A stretch of 64,000 nucleotides of DNA from an uncultured Chitinophaga sp. (lineage in GTDB: Bacteria > Bacteroidota > Bacteroidia > NS11-12g > UBA955), in NCBI GenBank assembly GCA_964505065.1, contig CAZDGF010000005.1, positions 6,850-70,849 on the forward strand. Reading direction: 5' to 3'. Both the position numbers and the translations under genes were made by a program. Below, one piece after another: positions 57,348 to 64,000 of this stretch; position 1 is the stretch's first letter, and every line of letters begins with the position of its first letter. A model generated the notes under the pieces. The model was not told where the DNA came from and ran no database searches. It worked only from the letters and a program-made list of their open reading frames with translations.

Positions 57348-60300
57348 ATGGCATCAAACTTTTTTACAAATCAAGGCGAAAATACTCTCTATAAAAAATT
57401 TGTAGGTGTGTTTGAGCATATGCAAAACATTGAGTACTTCAAATCGGTAATAGGTTATTTTAGAGCATCTGGGTACTTCGCTGTTCGCAAACATTTTCCT
57501 GCTGATTTAAAAGTAAAAATTATTGCAGGTATCAATGTTGACCCATTTATTGCTTTAGCACAAAAGCAAGGTTTGTTATTCAACTCCAACGCTAAAGACA
57601 CCAAACAAAGTTTTATTGAAAGCATACAAGATGATATTATAAATGCCAAGTATAGTAAGAACATAGAAGAAGGCATATTGCAATTAATACAGGATATTGG
57701 CGATGGTAGAATAGAAATAAGAGCCCATAATTCTAAAAAATTACATTCTAAATTTTATATTTTCCTTTCTCCAAATTTTAATGAGCATAACCCAAATGGT
57801 ATGGTAATTATGGGTTCATCTAATCTTTCTGCACAGGGCTTAGGATTGGAAGATGTAGAACATAATTACGAAATGAATATTGAATTAAGAGATTATGACA
57901 ATGTTAAATTTGCCGATACAGAGTTTAATAAACTTTGGGAACAAAGCACACCTATATTGCCATTAGATGCACCAGCTTTAATTAAGAAAACCTATTTAGA
58001 TGCTACGCCTACACCGTTTGAATTGTATGTAAAATTCTTAATAGAATTTTTTGGTAAAAATATAGAGTATGACCCCGATAGCATTAGTGATATTCCACTA
58101 AAAAAGTTCAAAAAACTAAGCTATCAAATAGATGCAGTAAATCAAGGTTATGAATTATTATTAAAACACAATGGATTTTTTTTGGCAGATGTTGTGGGTA
58201 CAGGTAAAACAGTAATGGCAGCATTATTGGCTAAAAAGTTTATTATAACCAATGGTCCTAAAACAAGAATATTAGTAGTATATCCACCAGCATTAGAGAA
58301 GAATTGGACGAGTACTTTTAAAGATTTTGAAATACAAAATTATTGCGATTTTATTACCAATGGCAGTTTGGATAAAATTATTGATGGTAAGTTTAAGAAT
58401 GATAAAGAAAGCTACGATTTAATATTGGTAGATGAAGCCCATAAATTCAGAAACCACAAAAGCCAACAGTTTCAAAACTTACAAATAATATGTAAGTCAG
58501 GTAGAGAATTTATTGGAGGTGTAGAGGGTTTTGAAAAGAAAGTAGTTTTAATTTCTGCAACACCACTAAACAATAAGCCCGATGATATTTACAGATTATT
58601 GACATTATTTCAAGATGAAAGAAACTGTACGTTACCTTCTGTGCCCGAAAATAATTTGCAAAAATATTTCTACCCACTTACTCAAAAATATAAAGAAGAA
58701 ATAAGCCAAAATCCTATTAACCTTACTACCATACAAGAAATATTTAACGATATACGAGATAAGGTAATTAAAGACATTACTATTCGTAGAACAAGAACCG
58801 ATTTACAAAAGAATGATAGATACAGCAAGGATTTAATAGAACAAAAAATTTACTTCCCTAAAGTTGTAGAACCATTTACCAATGAGTACTTATTACCTAC
58901 AGATTTTGCAGAACTTTTTTTAGAAACCTTTAATACCATTATTGATAAAAATAAAATAGATTTTTATAGATACCAGGCAATTGCATATTTAACAGACGAA
59001 GCCAATAATGGAACATACCAAAATGCTGAAACAATTTCAAAGTCGTTGGCAAGCATAATGCACAATCAACTCATTAAGCGATTAGAAAGTAGTTTTTATG
59101 CGTTTAAAAAATCATTGCAAAAGATAACCACTTCCACAGGTTATATGATAGAAATGTATGAAAACAACAAAGTATATATAGCACCTGATACCTCTATTTC
59201 TGTAACCGATATGATGGATAAAGGATATACAGATGAAGAAATTGAATTTGAAATGCAGAAGAAAAATGATGAATTTAATCCACGAAATAGAACATTTGAA
59301 CAAAAGGATTTCAGCAAAGAATTAAAAGATAAAGATGGCAAAGTACGACCTAAATTTATTGATGGTCTTAAAAAAGACTTTGAATACTTAACAGCATTAA
59401 ACACAAGATGGCAAGCCATAGAAGAAAACAACGACCCTAAATGGGATGTATTTGTAGCGCTTCTAAAATCAGAATATTTTAATGCCGATAAAAACGAATT
59501 AGGCAAGTTAGTAATATTTACAGAAAGTGTAGATACTTTAAAGTATCTAACTGAAAGAATGAAAAATGAAACCACTTACAAAGTACTAAGTATCACTGCC
59601 GAAAATCGTAACCGAGATTTTGAAACGATTAGAGAAAATTTTGATGCTAACTATGAAAAAGCATTTAAAAATGATTTTGACATTATTCTCACTACCGATG
59701 TATTGGCAGAAGGTATCAACTTACATAGAGCCAATGTAATTGTAAATTACGATACACCGTGGAACCCTACAAAACTCATTCAGCGTTTAGGGCGTATCAA
59801 TCGTATTGGTAGCAAAGCCAATTTTATTTACAACTACAATTTTTATCCTTCGGAGCAAGGCGATGATAGAATAAACCTAAAAAATAGATCATTGGGTAAA
59901 TTACAAAGCAGCCACAGTGCTTATGGCGAAGACAATAGAATATATTCATTGCAAGAAATAATTGAGCAATGGGGAATGTTTGACCCTGATAAAAAAGACG
60001 ATGATGTAGATATAAGGAGCATTTATTTAGAGTTTCTGCGAAAGTTTAAAGAACAAAATCCAGAGCATTTTAATGCTATACAAAAAATGCCTTTAAAAAT
60101 TCGTTGCATAAGAGAATTAAAAATTAAAAATGAAGAATTAAAAATGAAGGAAAAAGATATATCATTTTTCACTTTTCATTCTTCATTATCCATTGCATTT
60201 GTAAAAAATGGAGATTCCAAAAATATTTATGTACATAGTAAAGGCAAATCCTATACAATACCATTTGAAAAAGCAGTAAAAATATTTGAAGCTCAAAAAT

Positions 60301-60731
60301 CAGAAGAAGGCATTTCCCCGAAAGAATCGGGACAGGTGCCAATACCAGAAATTCATTACAAACATATCAATCATATTATTGACCAGTTTGAAAGAGATAT
60401 TACCAAACCCGAAATGGTAGGTGGCAAAGACGATACAGATGACATTAGAGCTAATTCTGCTATCAAACATTTAAACAATTGGTTGGCTGATACGCTCATT
60501 ACAGAAGATGGCAAAGAGAGTGCAGTAAACCTATTGCCTTTGCTTAAAAATGGTACTTATGCCAACCTTACAAACGAAGTATTTAAAATGCGAAACGAAC
60601 CAGATGCTGATAAAATAGAAAGAGAACTCATAAAATTAGCACAGAAATACACAACCAAAATTAAGCGTCAGTTAAGAAAGGATATAACACCAGTAGAACC
60701 AAAAATAATCATTTCAGAAACTTTTATATAA
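57348..60731 (+). CDS. PLD (HKD)-family nuclease domain fused to SNF2-family helicase
   Basis: N-terminal KLHSKFYIF...VIMGSSNLSAQG (HxK ... GSxN). SNF2 motifs are ADVVGTGKT, LILVDEAHKFRN, ISATPLNN, TTDVLAEGINLHRANVIVNYDTPWNP and QRLGRINRIG. Confidence 0.85.
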   Translation: MASNFFTNQGENTLYKKFVGVFEHMQNIEYFKSVIGYFRASGYFAVRKHFPADLKVKIIAGINVDPFIALAQKQGLLFNSNAKDTKQSFIESIQDDIINAKYSKNIEEGILQLIQDIGDGRIEIRAHNSKKLHSKFYIFLSPNFNEHNPNGMVIMGSSNLSAQGLGLEDVEHNYEMNIELRDYDNVKFADTEFNKLWEQSTPILPLDAPALIKKTYLDATPTPFELYVKFLIEFFGKNIEYDPDSISDIPLKKFKKLSYQIDAVNQGYELLLKHNGFFLADVVGTGKTVMAALLAKKFIITNGPKTRILVVYPPALEKNWTSTFKDFEIQNYCDFITNGSLDKIIDGKFKNDKESYDLILVDEAHKFRNHKSQQFQNLQIICKSGREFIGGVEGFEKKVVLISATPLNNKPDDIYRLLTLFQDERNCTLPSVPENNLQKYFYPLTQKYKEEISQNPINLTTIQEIFNDIRDKVIKDITIRRTRTDLQKNDRYSKDLIEQKIYFPKVVEPFTNEYLLPTDFAELFLETFNTIIDKNKIDFYRYQAIAYLTDEANNGTYQNAETISKSLASIMHNQLIKRLESSFYAFKKSLQKITTSTGYMIEMYENNKVYIAPDTSISVTDMMDKGYTDEEIEFEMQKKNDEFNPRNRTFEQKDFSKELKDKDGKVRPKFIDGLKKDFEYLTALNTRWQAIEENNDPKWDVFVALLKSEYFNADKNELGKLVIFTESVDTLKYLTERMKNETTYKVLSITAENRNRDFETIRENFDANYEKAFKNDFDIILTTDVLAEGINLHRANVIVNYDTPWNPTKLIQRLGRINRIGSKANFIYNYNFYPSEQGDDRINLKNRSLGKLQSSHSAYGEDNRIYSLQEIIEQWGMFDPDKKDDDVDIRSIYLEFLRKFKEQNPEHFNAIQKMPLKIRCIRELKIKNEELKMKEKDISFFTFHSSLSIAFVKNGDSKNIYVHSKGKSYTIPFEKAVKIFEAQKSEEGISPKESGQVPIPEIHYKHINHIIDQFERDITKPEMVGGKDDTDDIRANSAIKHLNNWLADTLITEDGKESAVNLLPLLKNGTYANLTNEVFKMRNEPDADKIERELIKLAQKYTTKIKRQLRKDITPVEPKIIISETFI

Positions 60732-61724
60732 ATGGAAATAAGTAAAAACATATTAAACCAAATACAAAGCATAATAGCCAATGCTCAAGCAAGGGCTATT
60801 CGTAGTGTAGATACCGAAAGAGTGGCTATGTATTGGCAAATAGGCAAAGTAATATTTGAGGAAGAACAGCAAGGGAAAGACCGAGCCGAATATGGTACAT
60901 TTTTAATAAAATCTTTATCCGAACAGCTTGAACCTCAATTTGGCACAGGATTTTCATATCGACAATTAAATAGGTATAGGCAGTTTTTTAGACAATTTCC
61001 AATTGTGTCCGCACTGCGGACGCAATTCAGTTGGACACACTACAAAACACTTTTAAGTATTGATAATCAAGACAAAAAAGACTTTTACATTGCCGAAACA
61101 GAAAAAAATAATTGGACAGCAAGGCAGTTAGAACGCCAAGTAAATAGCCAGTTATTTGAACGCCTTTTATTGAGCAACGATGTACAATCGGTTTTAGCTG
61201 TAGCCAGAGAAGAAAAACTACCTACCGATGCCAAAGAAATTATAAAAGACCCAATGGTATTAGAGTTTTTGGGTTTACGAAGAGAAACTGCCTATTACGA
61301 AAAAGATTTAGAAACAGCCATTATTACACACCTACAAGATTTTATATTAGAGCTTGGCAATGGCTTTAGTTTTGTAGCAAGGCAAAAAAGAATACATATT
61401 GATGGCGATGAGTTTTTTATAGACCTTGTTTTCTTCAATCGTTTGTTGCAATGTTTTGTAATAATAGAAATAAAAACCACCAAACTTACCCACCAAGATA
61501 TTGGGCAATTGCAGATGTATGTAAATTATTATGATAGATTTGAAAAACAAGAATTTGAAAACCCAACCATTGGCATTCTATTATGTACCGATAAAAACGA
61601 TGCAGTAGTAAAAATAACCTTGCCCGAAAATAGTAGTAACATAATTGCCAGTAAATACCAACTGTATTTACCTACCGAAAAACAATTAATAGAAGAAATG
61701 AAAGTAGTAATTAATAGTAAATAA
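60732..61724 (+). CDS. DUF1016 / YhcG-like PD-(D/E)xK nuclease-fold protein
   Basis: RAIRSVDTERVAMYWQIGKVI, FSYRQLNRYRQFF, WTHYKTLL, and the C-terminal FIDLVFFNRLLQCFVIIEIKTTKLTHQDIGQLQMYVNYY (D...E.K). The ATG directly follows the helicase stop. Confidence 0.75.
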   Translation: MEISKNILNQIQSIIANAQARAIRSVDTERVAMYWQIGKVIFEEEQQGKDRAEYGTFLIKSLSEQLEPQFGTGFSYRQLNRYRQFFRQFPIVSALRTQFSWTHYKTLLSIDNQDKKDFYIAETEKNNWTARQLERQVNSQLFERLLLSNDVQSVLAVAREEKLPTDAKEIIKDPMVLEFLGLRRETAYYEKDLETAIITHLQDFILELGNGFSFVARQKRIHIDGDEFFIDLVFFNRLLQCFVIIEIKTTKLTHQDIGQLQMYVNYYDRFEKQEFENPTIGILLCTDKNDAVVKITLPENSSNIIASKYQLYLPTEKQLIEEMKVVINSK

Positions 61725-61747
61725 TTTTTTAAACCTACAATGTAACT

Positions 61748-62218
61748 ATGCCATTTATTAAAGTTTATATTCATTTTGTTTGGAGTACAAAAAACAGAGT
61801 GCCTTATTTGAATACAAAAGATATCAGGCAAAAAGTATGGAACCACATAAGAGAAAATGCAAAAGAAAAAGGAATATTTATTGATTTTATTAATGGGTAT
61901 AATGACCATTGCCATTGTCTGATATCATTAGGAGTTGACCAAACCATACAAAAAACAATGCAACTTATAAAAGGTGAATCTTCATTTTGGATAAATAAAA
62001 ATAACATTTTAAATCAATTACCTACAGATAAATCTGTAGGGACAACAAAATTTGAATGGCAAGATGAATATTTTGCAGTTTCAGTTTCGGAGTCAGCAAT
62101 AGATAAAGTTAGAGATTATATTAAAAATCAAGAACAACACCATAGCAAAAAAACATTTGAGCAAGAATATGATGAATTTATTGACAAATTTGGATTTCAA
62201 AAATATGATGATGAATAA
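61748..62218 (+). CDS. IS200-like Y1 (HUH) transposase, RAYT-like
   Basis: IHFVWSTKNRVPYL, the HUH-like DHCHCLISL, IKGESSFWINK, WQDEYFAVSVSE (catalytic Tyr region). Confidence 0.75.
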   Translation: MPFIKVYIHFVWSTKNRVPYLNTKDIRQKVWNHIRENAKEKGIFIDFINGYNDHCHCLISLGVDQTIQKTMQLIKGESSFWINKNNILNQLPTDKSVGTTKFEWQDEYFAVSVSESAIDKVRDYIKNQEQHHSKKTFEQEYDEFIDKFGFQKYDDE

Positions 62219-62225
62219 TATCATT

Positions 62226-62405
62226 TTGGCTAAAGCCAATGGAAATTTTATTTATTATCCTCCTGCTAAAGCAGGAGGCAATTCAGGAGGCAATTCAGGA
62301 GGCAATTCAGGAGGCAATTCACAATGAAATTCAGGGGGCAATTTGAATTGGAATGGGATTTATCCCATTCTAAAAAATAAAATTACAATTTTTGGCTTTA
62401 GCCAA
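62226..62405. repeat. REP-like hairpins and a 12-bp tandem repeat downstream of the RAYT-like gene
   Basis: ttggctaaagccaa (62226-62239), cctcctgc-taaa-gcaggagg (62259-62278), and caggaggcaatt x4 plus 2 degenerate units (62272-62343). Also gaatggga-ttta-tcccattc (~62350-62369) and ttggctttagccaa (62392-62405). Confidence 0.75.
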
Positions 62406-62421
62406 ACAAATAAAATAAACA

Positions 62422-64000
62422 ATGGACATTAAACAAATAAGAACAATCCTCGAAAGCCCTTATGATAGAAAGATTTGGAAATCCTTCATTCAAACACAGT
62501 TTACCAATAATAAACTCACCAAAGACGATGCCCCTTTAAATATTGGCAAAACCGATATTCACAAAGAATGTGTATCGCTTGGTTATTACGAAGTAAACGA
62601 ATATACCAAAATAGGCATTTTTGAAATACAATTAGCCGATAAAGTAAACCTTACGCGAAACCGTGTGGCATTGCGTAATCTTATTAAAAGCATTACACAA
62701 CAGGTAGCAGGCGCAATGGTAGTATTTGTACAAGGCGATAAATGGCGATTTAGTTATATTAGCAAACGCAAAGTTAGAAACAATGAAACCAATACAGTAG
62801 AAGATAAAGAAACAGCACCTAAGCGTTATACTTATCTTTTTGGCAATGGCGAAAAAGCCTTAACGGCTGCTATTCGTTTTGATAGGCTTATACAAAAACA
62901 AAAAGGCAATATATACCAGTACTTAACTCTTAACGATTTTGAAGAAGCATTTAGTGTAGAAAAATTAAGTAAAGAGTTTTTTGCGCAGTACAAAGAAATT
63001 TATGATGATTTTGTAGAGTTTATAACAGGTAAGCGATACATTAAAAAAGGGAGCAAATGGGTAGAAACACCAACCCACGAAGCACATTTTCAGTTACGCA
63101 ATTATTTTAACAACGATGAAAAACAAGCCCGTGATTTTTTTAAACGAATGATGGGGCGTATTGTGTTTTTATACTTTATACAAAAGAAAGGATGGTTGGC
63201 TTGTTCAATGAAAAATGAAGAATTAAAAATGAAAAATGCTGAAGTGGATTGGGGAAATGGCGACCAAGATTATTTATTCAACCTGTATGCAAATGCTAAA
63301 TATAAAGAAAGTTTTTACAGCGATTATTTAGTTCCTCTTTTTTTCAGCACCCTTAATAGTAGAGATGGCACTTTTGATGCCGACCCAAAATTATTCATTA
63401 ATCATTCTTCATTTTTCATTGATGGAAAATTCCCTTACCTCAATGGCGGTTTATTTGATAAAGCACAAGATTATAGATACGATAAAATTGCATTGCCTGC
63501 CCAAATATTTGATAAGCTATTTACTACCTTCAATAATTACAACTTTACTATTTACGAAGATGCACCCGATGAACACACCGTAGCTGTTGACCCTGAAATG
63601 TTGGGACATATTTTTGAAAACCTATTAGAAGATAACAAAGATAAAGGCGCATTTTACACCCCAAAAGATATTGTGCATTATATGTGCAGGGAGAGTTTGC
63701 ACAATTACATTTATACTTATACTGGCAATGAAGAAAACGAAGCGTTTAAAGCAAAACTAAAACTATACAACGACAATTTTGATATAAGCATTTTTGAAAA
63801 AAATGAAATTAAACTAATAGATAGAGCCTTAGAAGATGTAAAAATTTGCGACCCAGCCATAGGCAGTGGTGCTTTCCCTATGGGTTTGCTACACGAAATA
63901 TACCACTTAAAAATACCAATAGAAGACCAAAAAGGGCTGAAAGCCAAAAGCCCTGCCGACCTTAAAAAACACATTATAGAAGAAAGCATTTATGGTGTGG
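62422..64000 (+). CDS. Eco57I-like (type IIG / PglX / DrmMI-like) N6-adenine DNA methyltransferase, N-terminal 526 codons (continues past the window end)
   Basis: Absent from the ORF track because it runs off the window end. Manual translation gives MDIKQIRTILESPYDRKIWKSFIQTQF...GRIVFLYFIQKKGWL...FPYLNGGLFD...DPEMLGHIFENLLED...GAFYTPKDIVHYM...ICDPAIGSGAFPMGLL (SAM motif I). The frame is open to position 63999. Confidence 0.8.
   Translation, partial: MDIKQIRTILESPYDRKIWKSFIQTQFTNNKLTKDDAPLNIGKTDIHKECVSLGYYEVNEYTKIGIFEIQLADKVNLTRNRVALRNLIKSITQQVAGAMVVFVQGDKWRFSYISKRKVRNNETNTVEDKETAPKRYTYLFGNGEKALTAAIRFDRLIQKQKGNIYQYLTLNDFEEAFSVEKLSKEFFAQYKEIYDDFVEFITGKRYIKKGSKWVETPTHEAHFQLRNYFNNDEKQARDFFKRMMGRIVFLYFIQKKGWLACSMKNEELKMKNAEVDWGNGDQDYLFNLYANAKYKESFYSDYLVPLFFSTLNSRDGTFDADPKLFINHSSFFIDGKFPYLNGGLFDKAQDYRYDKIALPAQIFDKLFTTFNNYNFTIYEDAPDEHTVAVDPEMLGHIFENLLEDNKDKGAFYTPKDIVHYMCRESLHNYIYTYTGNEENEAFKAKLKLYNDNFDISIFEKNEIKLIDRALEDVKICDPAIGSGAFPMGLLHEIYHLKIPIEDQKGLKAKSPADLKKHIIEESIYGV

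Noticed and set aside
57295-57348. 17-codon upstream ORF (MADEAIKSVSKKIKKAK) whose stop overlaps the helicase ATG (TAATG)
   Set aside because: It is too short and lysine-rich to distinguish from chance in AT-rich DNA, and there is no supporting evidence. It would only be worth revisiting if it is conserved upstream of homologous helicases.
59141-59575. 144-aa minus-strand ORF, plus the 63-aa and 73-aa ones
   Set aside because: They are antisense within the PLD-SNF2 helicase gene.
61529-61915. 128-aa minus-strand ORF spanning the DUF1016 to RAYT junction
   Set aside because: It overlaps two recognisable plus-strand genes, and its hydrophobic low-complexity translation marks it as a shadow ORF.
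62272-62343. Possible CRISPR array
   Set aside because: The units are only 12 bp, are directly abutting without spacers, and no cas genes are present. This is a simple tandem repeat associated with the RAYT/REP region.

Overview
Low-GC Bacteroidota-type chromosome segment. The assignment rests on a complete alternative complex III operon, the T9SS translocon gene sprA, T9SS type-B C-terminal sorting domains and TAnnTTTG-type promoter boxes.

Positions 1-38.8 kb and 44.4-49.9 kb are ordinary core genome:
- actABCDEF, two large T9SS cargo or adhesin genes, and sprA
- fmt, rpmE, iscX-like, an M28 peptidase, metF and rsgA
- a di-heme peroxidase, HU, a GT2 plus YfhO-like pair, a bacilliredoxin and hutH
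- fabD, gpmI and mnmE

Three accessory patches stand out.
1. 38.8-44.3 kb. An HExxH lipoprotein plus partner lipoprotein module is tandemly duplicated, leaving an orphan 3' fragment, and carries a heptanucleotide repeat directly behind its start codon. Next to it, a zeta-toxin-like cassette is bracketed by about 100 bp direct repeats derived from the 3' end of the neighbouring gene. A 148 bp MITE-like element and a frameshifted Cys-rich mini-ORF also lie here.
2. 49.9-57.15 kb. A roughly 7.2 kb integrative element is inserted in the last 15-18 bp of mnmE, which is duplicated as att-like direct repeats. It carries an integrase, excisionase-like HTH proteins, a RecA-fold ATPase, a Toprim/primase-like protein, an iteron-like array and two unknown cargo genes.
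3. 57.3-64.0 kb. This is the best candidate for an undescribed system. A PLD(HKD)-nuclease/SNF2-helicase fusion is translationally abutted to a DUF1016/YhcG-like PD-(D/E)xK protein. These are followed by an IS200-like Y1 (RAYT-like) transposase with REP-like hairpins, and then an Eco57I-like N6-adenine methyltransferase that runs off the window end. Short palindromic repeat elements are embedded in frame in both large defence genes.

No rRNA, tRNA or CRISPR array was recognised. All family assignments come from motif recognition by eye; no searches were run.
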